Source: Hypanus sabinus (taxonomy: Eukaryota). Taken from it: a stretch of 64,000 nt of DNA. Positions within the stretch are counted from its first letter, which is position 1. Every line of letters starts with the position of its first letter. Positions 36,101 to 47,701 of the stretch are shown here, one piece after another. A program made the position numbers and the translations under genes. The stretch spans positions 4,154,001-4,218,000 of the forward strand of contig NC_082730.1 of NCBI RefSeq assembly GCF_030144855.1, read 5' to 3'. The notes under the pieces are model-generated. The model saw only the letters and a list, made by a program, of their open reading frames with translations, did not search any database and was not told where the DNA came from.

Positions 36101-39100
36101 TCAGCTGGGACCGCGGTTCCCCCAACCACTGTGACCGGAACTCAGGGACACTCGGTCTCCTTACATCCTGGGATCCCAGTCGGACCGGACATTACTGAGG
36201 TTGAGTGGAGTCGGGTATGGCCCAGAAACAGGATTGTGAAGTACTCGAATGGGAACATTGACTACAGTAGTAATGAGCTGTACAAGAACAGGATAACCTT
36301 TCATTCTGGGAACATCAGTCTGGAAATCCATGATCTACGGAGAAATGACTCTGGTGAATATATTGGGATTTTTACAGCTGCAAGTTCAGGAGATGAAAGT
36401 AATACAACAGTGCGACTGGAGGTGTACGGTGAGTGACACCAGTCCCTGAAACACCCTTAATGGATGGGTGAGGGCAGATCCTCTGTGTTTCTCTGTTTAC
36501 TGAACCCCACTGACTACCCGTGGCTGGGGCTGGGCTCACGGTTCCAGTGTAGTGAGTCTGGAGGATACACCCGCCACATCCACAGAGGCGGAGTCAGGAG
36601 CCGGGAGGGATTGAACCAACAATGGGGAATCTCATGTGTCTGAGACTGAGGGAGCTCAGCACACAGGGAGAATGGACTTGATGTGAATGGGCTGGACAGT
36701 CTGTATCTGTGGGTCTCAGTTGCACACTCTACCCCAGGTGAAAGGCCTGGTCTGTCCTGTTCAGGGATCCCAGTTATCCCATCTGTTTCCCAGGACACTG
36801 CTTGTTAATTGCCCAGACTGAGCTCAGCAAGGTGTTTATTCCTCAGCCTTCATGCTGTGCTGTGCTGAGTGAGACCCTGTGTATTCATTACACTGAATAT
36901 TGTGTCCCAGTGAGTGACACATGGAGGGAAGGGAAATGGTTTTGTGACACTTCCTCCTGTGTGTGTCCAGAACGTGGTGTGGGACATGGAGTGATGGGAG
37001 TTGTGGGTGTGGCAGTAGAGCAGAGCAAGGTGTTACTCAGGGAGAAACTGGTCAAAATATGTAAGAAAGAGGGAAGGGAGTGGAATGTAAGTCTGAGGAT
37101 AGTGTAAACTAAATGGGTAAAGTTACTCGAAGGTATTCTAAATGACCAAGCATAGAAGTATTTGGATTGGGAGATAGTTGAAATGTCTCTCTGTGTGGTA
37201 GGTTGTGTCTAGATTTTTGAGGAGGATATCGGAAAGTTGATGAAGGAAAAGCAGTTAAATTTGTCTACATGGACTTTAACAATGTCCTGCATGGGATGTT
37301 GGTGAAGAATGTTTATTGCCTTGGCATTCAGGTTGAGGTTGCAAATTGTATTCGACATTGGATTTGCAGGTGATCTACAAGATGGTTGTCTCTCTGATTG
37401 GAGGACTGTGATTAGTGAAATGCCTCAAGGATTGGTGCTGGGTCCTTATTTGTTATCTCTATCAGCAATCTGGATGACAATGTGGTTAACTGGATCATCA
37501 AATTTGAGGATGACACTGATTGGGTGTACGGTAAGGAAGACTATCAAAGTCTTTAGCGGGATCTGGACCAGCAAGAATAATGAGCTGAAAATTGGCAGTT
37601 TCAATTTGATGCAGACGAGTACAAAGCCTTGACCCTTGGGAAGTAAACCAGGGTGGAACTTAAATAATGACCAGTCAGGTACTGAAGAGTGTAGTAGAAT
37701 AGAGAGATCTTGGAATACAGAACAATAAATTCTTGAAAGTGTTGTCACAGTCAGATAGGGTCATAAAAAAAGCTTTTGGCACGTTGCCATTCATAAATCA
37801 AAGGATTGAGTCCAGGAGTTGCAATGTTATGTTGAAATTTTATAAGACCTTGGAGAGGATTAATTTGGAGTATTTGTGCAATTCCTGTCACCTATGTACA
37901 GGAAAGGTATCAATTCGATTGAAAGAGTGCAGAGTATCAGGACTTGAGGACCTGAGTTATAGGGGAAGGTGGGGGAATTTCAAGGTGCAGGTGGAAGTAT
38001 TGGAACCAGGTTCAATTTCAATGTCTAACTGAAACTTGAATAAATATTGGGAGGGATGTTAAAGACTTTGTCCAGATGTGGATCAATGGGGCTAGGTATA
38101 GACTAGATGGACTGAAGGATCTGTTTAGCCACTGCAATGTTCTATGATTCAATGTAGTCTCATTGAAAGGACCAGGAAGCATAGATGTTGATCCACTGAA
38201 GGTGGAGACCAGTGGGGTCGAAGGAAAGGGCCAGAGGAAACATATCCTTGCTTTCGGTGGGAGAGGGTGTGAGAACAGAGACGTAAGAAATGGAACAGGT
38301 TCTCAGGGTCTCACACCTTCATCATAATCTGGGCAGGCAGAGTAGAGATTGAGAGATTGACAGAATAGAATGGGCTGTGTCTTGTGTTGGACCAGATTCA
38401 AGGCAGCTCAGGGCTGGGGCTCACTCAGGTTTTAGGCTTTGAAGGGATGCAGGGACCACACAGAGGAGGAACAAAAGACATGGAAATGGAGAGAATTTCT
38501 GGAATAGAGCGCTATAAACAGGACATGATGGAGAGTTTGTAGATGAGTGTGGGTTGTGTTTGGGAAAGAGGGTGCAGCACGTGGGAACTTGCTTCAGCAG
38601 CAAGTGACTGAACAGAAGGATGAGGGAAGGTTTAAATCGTTTGGGTAAAAATGAGGTTGGATTGGTTTGAAGTTTACTCTGGACTGTTGGGGATGGGACG
38701 AGGGCGTTGAGGATCGAGCTGTCCACGATGATCTCCTTTACTCATCTTCTATCTCTCCCTCACGCCCTCAGAGCCTGTGTCAGGAGCAAACATCATGGTT
38801 CAGAACATCACCGGGACCTGTAGCCTCACCCTGACCTGTTCCGTGGCCTCTGGCAACCCCATCAGCTTCAGTTTGTGGAGAGGAGGAGAAGTTACAGGAG
38901 ACAACAACAGCCATCACTTCTGGAGACACGAAGAGACGATACAGGTTCATTGCACAGCAGAGATGGAGGATGTGGTGTACGGGTGTAAGGCCAGCAACCC
39001 CATCAGTGAGGACACCGCACAGGTCCGGCTGGGGAACGTCTGTAATCTGGACACATGTAGTGAGTGTCAGAGGAAGGAGTTGCGATTTAGTTATCTCCCC

Positions 39101-41741
39101 ATCCCAGGAGCGTGAGATGGGACAGTTTAGAAGAGCTTAATAAAAACATAAACATTTACAGCAGATTACAGACCCTTTGACCCACAATGTTGTGCGGACC
39201 ATGTAACCTACTCTAAAATCTGCCCAGAAATTCCCTATAGCACAGCCCTCAATTTTTCCAAGCTCCATGCTCCTATCGAACAAGCTCTTAAAAGACCCTA
39301 TTGGACCTGTCTCTACCAGCATTGCTGGCAGTGCATTCCATGCACCCACCAGTCTCTGTGTGAAAACTTACCTCTAACAGCCCCCTTGTCCCTACTTCCA
39401 AGCATCTTAAAACAATGCCCCTTTGTGTTAGCCATTTCAGCCCTGGTTATATGTCTCTGACTATCCACATGATCAATGTCTCTTATCATCTTGTACACCT
39501 CTATCAGGTCACCTCTCATAATCCTCTTTTGTTCCAAGGAATTCACTCAACCTATTCTCATAAGGCATGCTCCCCAATCCAGGCAACATCCTTGTAGATC
39601 TCCTCGACACACTTTCTATGGTTTCCATATCCTTCCTGTAGTGAGGTGACCATAACTGAGCACAGTATTCCAAGTGGGGCCTAACTAAGTGTAACTCCAC
39701 TGATTTTAATCTAGCACCGTCACACTGGCCCTCAATAACCCCTCTACTCAAGCTCTACCTCCACCTCCCTGACCACTCGGTGCCTCAGCCATCCTAAATA
39801 ATCCTTCCCTCCAATCTAATCATTCCTTCGCTCCAGCAAGATTGCACAGTTGTTTCAGTATGGACCATCTGCAAAATGCACTGCAGATCCTCACCCAGGC
39901 TATGCTGACAAATATGAGTGGAGGCCTGTGTATAAAATCCAAAGACAAAGCTTACCTACAAAGTAAACTGTCCTCTGCAGTATCCTCTCGGACAGGGTCA
40001 GAGAGCAGAATACATCCAAGCTGAAGTTTTTAAGAAAGCACATGGTACATTGGCATTCATCAACCATGGGATTGAGTTCAAGAGCCGAGAGGTAAAGTCA
40101 GACCCAACTTAGATTTCTGGTCACCTCACTGCAGGAAGGATATGGAAACTATAGAAAGGATTCAGAGGAGATTTAGAAGGATGTTGCCTGGATTGGGGAG
40201 CATGCCTTATGAGATTAGCTTGAGTGAACTCGGCCTTTTCTCCTTGGAGTGGTGGATGATGTGATGTGACCTGATAGAGGCGTATAAGATGATAAGAGGC
40301 ATTGATCGTGTGGACAGTCAGAGGCTTTTTCCCAGGGCTGAAATGGCTAACATGAGAGGGCACAGTTTTAAGGTGCTTGGAAGTAGGTACAGAGGAGATA
40401 TCAGGGGTAAGTTTTTTTAATGCAGAGAGTAGTGAGTGAGTGGAATGGGCTGCTGGAAATGGTGGTGGAGGTGGATACAACAGGGTCTTTTAGGAGAATC
40501 CTGTATAGGCGCATTGGAGCTCAGAAAAATAGAGGGCTATGGGTAGCCCTAGGTAATTTCTAAGGTAGGGACATGCTCGGCTCAGCTTTGTGGGCTGAAG
40601 GGCCTGTATTGTGCTGTAGGTTTTCTATGTTTCTATGTTTGAGAAGATGGGCAATTTCAGTTTTGATTCTTCCACCATTTCCTTAATTCCTGTCACAACA
40701 TTTTCAAATGTCAACAGTATTGTTCTTTTGTGTACCAATGGGAGCACCATACAGCAGGAGGAAATGGGGGGAGTGATGTGATAGTGACTGGAGGGAATAG
40801 AGGATGATGGGACTGAGGGGTATTGAAGGGGTGGAGTGCAGGTCAGTGATGTGATGTTGATTAGAGGGAATGGGGAAAGAGGGGACTGACGGGTATCAGA
40901 GGGGTGGTGATGGGTTTGGAGATGAGTGATTTGATGGAGAGAATTGGATGGAAAGATTGAGGGGTACTGGAGGGGAGGGGTGGGATGGAGGACAGTGAGG
41001 TGATAGTGATCGGAGGGAATCGGGACTCAGGGGACTGAGGGTTATTGGAGGGAAAAAGGTTGGAGGGACTGAGGGATGTTGGAAGGGAGGGGAGTGGGGT
41101 GAAGAGGTGGGGGTTGGAGGGGATTTATGTGATGGTGATTGCAGGGTACTGAGGGACCATGTTGAGGTGACAGGGAGATTTTTCCGACAGAGGAGGGATG
41201 GAGTGAATTCATCAATCCTGTGTCACTGGGAATGTGAGGACTGGATTCATCAGGAAATCTTTTCTCCTCTGTGTTACAGCTTCTAAACCAACAGCGGTGC
41301 CGATTGCAGTGACCCTGGTGTTCAGATTGTCAGTGGTGCTGACCCTCCTGATCTCTGCTCTCACTGCGATCCTCATGGTCACACGGAGGAGAAGACCTGA
41401 GGGAAGGGAAGTAACTTCAGGGACTGAAGGCAAGTGGAGCTGACACCCTGTCATTGAGTCTAGTATTTGGGAGAGGGAGAGAGAGGGGGTGGGCTGGGGT
41501 GGTGACAACAGTGGTGGGAGAGAAGAGTTAGATGGGGTAAAGTGGGAATGGTTTCAGTACAGGCCCTGTCACCTCTGCTTTCTGTCCCACAGACCCACTG
41601 GAGACAGGCATCATTGACACAGACCTTCAGAAGAATCGCAGTGTCTGGCAGCCCCCCAGGGAGATTGACAGGGTAATGACAGACACATTACCCCTGAAAG
41701 AGGGCACCCAGGGACCACTCACAGTCCTTGGGGCAAACTGA
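27061..41741 (+). CDS. Gene 2: intact CD2/SLAM-family-like type I membrane receptor, 321 aa; join(27061..27115,36105..36428,38772..39059,41280..41429,41593..41741)
   Basis: 55+324+288+150+149 = 966 nt, all introns phase 1, no internal stop. The protein has a signal peptide MNTRHLLISCWLTLCASLSG, a Cys-less IgV with DSGEY, an IgC2 with CSLTLTC...YGCKASNPIS...NVC (SLAM/CD2-type four-Cys pattern), a hydrophobic TM, an RRRR stop-transfer and a Tyr-free tail. Confidence 0.85.
27438..27995 (+). mobile_element. GC/CpG-rich non-autonomous retroposon-like insertion in gene 2 intron 1
   Basis: A CpG-rich block ending in AATAAA...TAATCTAATAATCTAAT. It is absent from the homologous unit 2 site (GGGATGTGGAACCCAGG, about 53818). 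Confidence 0.6.
29343..30276 (+). pseudogene. L1 ORF1p (coiled-coil/RRM type), 5' part frameshifted
   Basis: ORF 29578-30276 carries the L1 ORF1 hallmarks RRRNLRI.xLPE, IRIVEDYP and RFPAKL. Confidence 0.9.
31001..33340 (+). pseudogene. L1 ORF2 remnant (APE plus C-terminal domain; RT missing near 32330)
   Basis: APE fragments lie at 31001-31700 and the linker at 31724-32330. The sequence then jumps directly to the post-RT segment (ORF 32402-33340). No QG..LSP or YADD motif is present. Confidence 0.85.
34173..34688. mobile_element. Tc1/mariner-derived MITE (uninterrupted paralog)
   Basis: TA|CACTCTGCGGCCATTTATT at the left end and AATAAAGTGACTATTGAGTG at the right end. Confidence 0.6.
36105..36428 (+). 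CDS. Gene 2 exon 2 (IgV domain lacking the canonical disulfide)
   Basis: AG|CT ... TACG|GTGAGT, open. It shows the C-strand W (EWSR) and DLRRNDSGEY, with no Cys. Confidence 0.93.
37185..38155 (+). mobile_element. Old CR1 fragment (paralog of 6095-7080)
   Basis: Collinear similarity; decayed RT motifs. Confidence 0.85.
38772..39059 (+). CDS. Gene 2 exon 3 (IgC2 domain)
   Basis: AG|AG ... TGTA|GTGAGT, 288 nt open. Translation: EPVSGANIMVQNITGTCSLTLTCSVASGNPISFSLWRGG...YGCKASNPISEDTAQVRLGNVCNLDTC. Confidence 0.93.
39137..39700 (-). mobile_element. CR1 LINE 3' fragment
   Basis: Minus ORFs LVRPHLEYCAQLWSPHYRKD and MRGDLIEVYKMIR. Confidence 0.88.
40030..40640 (+). mobile_element. CR1 LINE 3' fragment
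   Basis: FWSPHCRKDMETIERIQRRF-like segment and a TTCTATGTTTCTATG tail at about 40640. Confidence 0.88.
40765..41135 (+). repeat. G/purine-rich degenerate minisatellite in gene 2 intron 3
   Basis: Four to five units of the motif seen at 10255-10500. Confidence 0.7.
41280..41429 (+). CDS. Gene 2 exon 4 (TM with Arg, codon AGA 41324-41326)
   Basis: AG|CT, 150 nt. Translation: TSKPTAVPIAVTLVFRLSVVLTLLISALTAILMVTRRRRPEGREVTSGTE. Donor AAG|GCAAGT (GC-AG intron). Confidence 0.88.
41593..41741 (+). CDS. Gene 2 exon 5 (Tyr-free cytoplasmic tail)
   Basis: AG|AC; DPLETGIIDTDLQKNRSVWQPPREIDRVMTDTLPLKEGTQGPLTVLGAN*, with TGA at 41739-41741. Further downstream exons cannot be excluded. Confidence 0.72.
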
Positions 41742-41827
41742 ATGCAAGGCCTGCATGTAATCTGAACAATCCCAGAATCAACCACAGGTCCCTGTCACCG
41801 GGGGTCGTTCCAACCACCACTGCATAT

Positions 41828-42950
41828 TAATACTCTCAGTTACTCCAAAATCTGCTTCTGCAAACTCCAGTCTCAACAACAACATTGTGTGGGTAGTCAT
41901 CAGTACTAAGCCCCCAAATCTCAAAGGCACCGAGTGGCATCAATTGTAAATGTGTCAGATACCGTTTGTAAACGGATCTATAAAGTAAAGTAAGTTGAGA
42001 ACCTGTGTCAAGTATGGCTCGAGCAGAAATACCTTCAGTCCATTTGGACACACCAGAGTCTGGTCCCACTAAACCTTCACGAATATTGTTTTGCACTTTA
42101 GTATTTCCCGTGATGCACTGATTGGAACGTATTCTGTCTGAGATGCCAGTCCATATCTATACAGTGTTCACCCGCAGTTTTGCATCTTTAGTTCTCTGTT
42201 TGATTAACCGTGATTTACTTTCTGTAGATTTTCGTGTTACTCATAGTTTCACTTGAAATGTCTATCTTCTTCACAGTTGTTACAGAACTTCCAGGTTTGG
42301 TACGTTTTGTATTCAACTGAACAGGACAGTTGGAATATTCTGATGCGGGAATAAAAATTGTGGTAAATGCTCTGTAAATGCTGCCCCATGCAAAGTTATT
42401 ATTTTCCAGGGAATAACACCCTGCACCAGCAAAAAATAAAGTGGAGTTATATTTACTGATATTAAAACTTTAACAGTTAATAGAGGGAAAAGAAAAGGGT
42501 CCAGCACAGCTAAGCCAGTCTGAATGGGCAGATAAACGTTGGATCTTTGATTTCTCACTTGCTGAACCCATGATCTGCATGGAAGACACCAGTCACCTTT
42601 GGAACTTCCCTTGAAAGCCATTTTGAATGAACTGGCTAACTCAGGAGCATTGGCTCTTCCTGCTGAGAACCATTTGGCTACACGAAGCACTTCTTGCAAC
42701 AGTGACTCGCCTTTGAACAGTGTTCACTGAGCATCTTCCCTTGTGTTCTCCTCCACTGCTCCTGCCAACCAAACCTCCCCGGACTGGCTGACACAACATT
42801 CCCAGCCTGAGCAAATAGTCCTTATCTCAGCCGAAACCAAAACACTAAGCTATGAGGCTTAACGATGAGAAAACATTGCATTTGCAGAAAAACTGCTAAA
42901 ATTAAAATACCTCACAGCATACTAGTAGAAACACAATAAAACATGTGCTT
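41828..42950 (-). mobile_element. Gypsy/PNMA relic, unit 2 copy with about 1.25 kb of gag deleted
   Basis: ILDTGSQ is retained (ORF 41836-42096). The sequence jumps from GTTACAGAA (unit 1 about 11657) to CTTCCAGG (unit 1 about 12904) at about 42288. Confidence 0.85.
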
Positions 42951-43628
42951 AACTTGGGAATGACACAGGCAAATTGTTTGAATGTGAGCAATGACTCAAT
43001 GGCAGCCATAGAGATGGAGGGCCAATGGGCCTGTTTCTGTGACTCCACCCTATTTGACTCCCTTCACCAACACATCACAGTTCAGAGTTCAAAGTATATT
43101 TTATTATCAAAGTGTGCATATATTATACAAGCTTGAGATTCATCTACTTATGGGCAGTCAGAACACAAGAATCTCAAAAGAACCCATGAAAAAAGAAAGT
43201 TAACAAACACCCAATGTGCAGAGAGAGAGAGAGAGAGAAACATCACACCAATCATGCAAACAATAAAAGCCAGCCAAAGCATTCAGGATGAAAGCGAGCC
43301 CATAGACACAAACCCTGGAGCATCCGGAGCAGGCCCACAGCCTCAGCTTCAGTTCATCACACAGCAGAGCAAAATGTCATGGAGCTGACACACATGGACC
43401 CTGAGGCATCTGGAGCCAGCTCACAGCCTCAGTGTCAATATGCAGCAAACCAGCCAACACACACGACCTTTTCAATCGATCTGGCTCAGGTTTAAATCAT
43501 CCACTATAACACCACACACAGTTCCAGTCACGGTCTGTGCCGATCAAAGTCCCAGGTCTGCTGCTCTTGGACCAGATTCAGACACGGTCTGGGCTGGGTC
43601 ACACCCGGGTGTAGAAGGGAAACTGGGA

Positions 43629-44300
43629 CCATAAGACCATAAGATATAGTAGAAGTAGGCCATTTGGCCCATCGAGTCTGCTCCACCATTCAATCATGGG
43701 CTGATCCAATTTTTCCAGTCACACCCACTACCCTGCCTTCACCCAAACCCTTTGATGCCCTGGCTAATCAAGAACCTATCTATCTCTGCCTTAAGTACAC
43801 CCAATTACTTGGACTCCACAGCCACTTGGGGCAACAAATTCCACAGATTTATCTCCCTCTGACGAAAGTAATTTCTCTGCATCTCAGTTCTAAATGGACG
43901 TCCTTCAATCCTGAATTCATACCTTCTTGTCCTAGACTCCCCTACCATGGGAAATAACTCTGTTATATCTAACTTGTTCAGGCCTTTTAACATTTGGAAT
44001 GTTTCTATGAGATCCCCCTCATTCTCCTGAACTCCAGGGAATACAACCCATGAACTGCCAAACATTCCTCATGCAGTAACCCTTTCATTCCTGGAATCAT
44101 TCTGTAAATATTCTCTGAACCTTCTCCAATGTTAGTATAGTCTTTCCAAAATAAGAAGTCCACAGCTGCACACAATCCTCCACGAATGCCTTATAGAGCC
44201 TCAGCATCACATCCCACCTCTTATATTCTATACCTCTAGAAATGATCGCCAACATTGCATTCGCCTTCTTCCCAACCAACTCAACCTGGAGGTTACACTT
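43629..44300 (-). mobile_element. CR1 LINE 3' fragment
   Basis: GDLIETFQMLKG..FRTEMQRNYF..WNLLP, with a CCATAAGACCATAAG tail. Confidence 0.88.
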
Positions 44301-44673
44301 ACAATGGTGACAACATATGTGGGCCTGGAGAGGATTACTGGGAATCAAAGCCATAAACAGGGAACTGTGGATTTTTTATGGATGTTGCGGGAAGTGGTTG
44401 GGAAAGTGGGAACTTACTCCAGCAATAACTGATGAAATGAAGGTTGAGGGAAGGGCTAAAGTGGTGTGTGGCAATGAGCTGGAATCAGCTTCAAGTTCAC
44501 TTGGGACCATTGGGGATTGAATGCAGGAATCGGGGACCGATTTTCCTTAACTCATCTTTCACCATTACTGCTCAACCTGAAATCCCGTGTAAGGAACATA
44601 CGTCATGGTCTATTCATTTTCATAGATGCTGCTTGACCTGTTGAGATCCTACAGCATTTTGAGTGTGTTGCCC

Positions 44674-44836
44674 TTGGTTCTGAACATTACCGGGACCTTT
44701 GACCTCACCTGGTCCTGCTCCATGTCCTTAGGGTTCTCACCAGCTTCAAGTGGTGAAGGGGAGGAGAAGCTGTGCGAGACTCCAGCATACATCACCTCTG
44801 GAATCATGGAGAGATGGGTGCGGTTCATCACACAGA
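44674..44836 (+). pseudogene. Orphan degenerate IgC2 exon fragment of the same receptor family
   Basis: TGGTTCTGAACATTACCGGGACC.. aligns to exon 3. LNITGTFDLTWSC...TSFKW*RGGEAVRDSSIHHLWNHGE compares with TSFSWWRRGEVTGDNNSHHFWKHGE in gene 1. Confidence 0.8.
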
Positions 44837-47701
44837 TTAACCTGTGAATGGGCAGTGTGATGGGGCAGTGTAGGTGGCGCTTCACTTTGTGTCAAACATG
44901 TGCATATTTATTTGTTTTACAATAATCACACTGTTCTCAGTTCAATCTTGACAAATATTTATGCATTTAAAACATCAAATTAAATCATGATCATCCTTGT
45001 CCAGGATGCAACCCAACCCTTGTAATGCCCACTGCCATCTGAAAACATCCAAGATGTGAATGAAGAGTACGTACTCTCTTTCCAAAACTAGATTGAGCTG
45101 AGTTACTGACTCTCAGCTGATCTGCAGTGTCGGAGCCAGAGTCAGGTAGCAGTTTGTGGTGTCCTGCCATTTTTCGGTTGAGTAGCAGTGCACAGTATGA
45201 ACTGTTCCCTAAAGCGAAAGACTACTCTGAGTGATCTCCTGAGGGGCTGATCCCTCAGTAGGTACTTCTGTCTTTCATCAGTACTGTGGGTCTCTTAATT
45301 GTTGTCCAGCCTATAGTGGTTAAAGCCTTGTGCATTCTGTTTAATCTTGTCAAGCTTATTTTTCTACATCCTGTGATTATTTAAAGTGGACTCCCAATTA
45401 ACACCTAATGGTGGGTCATTGTGTTCCGAAAATAATTTGTTTCACAGAGTCGCTCGCTCAGGCCACCAATGTTCTGTTGGAATTCCAATGCATGAACTCA
45501 TCTTCTATCTCCACATGGGAGTCTATCGCTCCTCTGCACCTGGGTTCAGTTGTCTCCCAGCACACACCGTGACACTGTCTGCTACAATGCAGGTAGTCAA
45601 CAGCTAGGTCCAGGTATGACTCTAAGCTGAGCAGATTCTTTTGAAATGTTTCATCTCAGACTTCTGCCTCTTGGTCGTGCTCTTCTTGTACACTTGATAA
45701 AAGTGATGGTGGTGAGTCTTACCCATGTCCCACCTAGACTTCAGAAAAGGGAATGTCCGGAACCTTTGGAATGAATCCTGGAGTTGGCCACCTTCCAGCA
45801 GCCAGTTGTTACAGAGCTTACGTGGACCCCACTCATGTGCACGTCAGGACAAACTCTGCCCACGCGAAGTGATGGATTGAGTATGAAACTGGCCTCACAG
45901 TGGACATCAGACATGTTTGCTGCTCAAATTATAGATGGTCTCCTCCGTCAGCCCCCTTCAACTGTTACACCACTCCCACTGGAAATTAAAATGAAATGAT
46001 TCATGTTGAGTTCCCCCCGCTGTCCCTCTGCATCCAAGAGACAGGTGGCTACAATTAAAATGGACTCCACGGGGTGTGGAGATGTGGCACTACCCTGGTG
46101 AGACTCACCATCTTTTATAGATGTACCATAGCAAGCATCCTATGTGGATGCATCACAGATTTGTATGGCTACTGCTCTGAATATGAAATGGCAGAGTTGT
46201 GAATGCAGCCCAGTCTGTCACACAAAGCAACCTCCCATTCATGGACTGTGTCCTCACTTACCACCGGCTCAGGAAAGGAGACAACACAATCAGAGAGCCC
46301 ACCCACCACTGTCATTCTCTCTTCCCTCCCCAGTCTGCCCCGACACCATCCCACTGACCCACAAATCTGTCTTTCTCAGCCGAACACCCGACCCCACACC
46401 ATGCCTTCCAACAACACTCTCCGCAAAGTCTTCACTTTGTCTCCCTTGTAAAGGCCGACTCCACAGTTCCTCCACCGTCCCCAGCACACAGATGCACAGA
46501 CACACACAGGATCAGGATGGAGACAGCAATCGGAGGGTGGGGAGGGGGTTGAGGACTGGGGTAGATCATCCACTGTCATATTCAATGGTGTGAGAGGCTG
46601 GGTTGCTTGAGGGGCCGAAGCCAACTCCTGCTCTTATATCCCTCTTTGTGTGTGTCTGTTTGTACATGTGTGAGAGAGAGAAAGAGTGGGTGGGGAGATC
46701 TTCAGAACTGAGTGAAAATGCAGACTGAGAGGGAGAGACACAGACTAAGAAACCGAGAGAGGAATGTGAAAACAGTGACTTCTGAAGAGAAATGAAAGGT
46801 AAATTGAAAAAGATGTCCTCTCAGAGACTATGAGAAACAGGAGAATAAAAGGACAAGAGAGAGATGGGCAGAGAGGCTGTGGGTAAGGGTACAGAATCTG
46901 AGAGAGAGAGAGAGAGAGAGCTAGAGGTGGACAGGGACTGGTTGGAGATGTGGAGATGGTTAATGGGATGTGTTTGAGTTACAGCTTGTGCTCTGTGCCT
47001 GTTTGGAGTAGTATTGCCTCTTCCCCATCACAGTCTATTAGATAGCTGTGACATAGCCAATTTCCACTGCTTTAGTTATTAGCCCTCGACCATCAAGCTC
47101 TTGAGTAAATGTGGATACCTACCCTCACTACCCCATCATTAAATGTCTTACACCAAAGATCTCACTTTAAGGATTCTTTATCTCATTATCTCATGTTCCC
47201 AGTATTCCTTGCTATTTATTTATATTTACATTTGCACAGTTTTTTTTGTTTTCACTCTGGAGGATCTTTCATTGATCCTGTTTTAGATACTATTCTTTAG
47301 ATTTGTTGAGCATGCCCAAAGGAAAATAAATCTCAGGATTCTATATGGTGATATATATCTACTTTGATAATAAAGCTTACTTTGATCACTTTGAAGTGTA
47401 CTTGTTTCCAATGTTTGTTCTCCAAGCACCAAATGAAGTTGCAAGTTTTAAGTTCAAGAGCAAGTTTCAAGTTTAATTATCGTTCAATTATACACGAATA
47501 GAGGCAAACGACAAGGTGCAAAACACATACCAACAACATACAGTCACAAAGAGAAATAAAAATATATCGCCCAAGTCTTGAGTTGTCCTGGTCCAGCTTG
47601 TTCTTTCACCAAGTGAACACTGGAGGGCAGCACAGACAGGAGGGCTCAGACCCCAACCCAGCATGAAATCTGATTTGGACAATCCACATATTATAGTGAG
47701 A

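Noticed and set aside
36105-39059. Antigen-receptor (Ig/TCR/IgNAR) V segment or CEACAM
   Set aside because: There are no RSS heptamer/nonamer motifs, the V domain lacks both Cys and is spliced directly to a C2. The CxLTLTC...C...C pattern fits CD2/SLAM better than CEACAM, although family assignment needs a phylogeny.
41408-41416. GT donor (GAA|GTAACT) as the main end of the TM exon
   Set aside because: It gives phase 0 and, in gene 1, would put the ITIM out of frame. It is kept only as a possible alternative donor.
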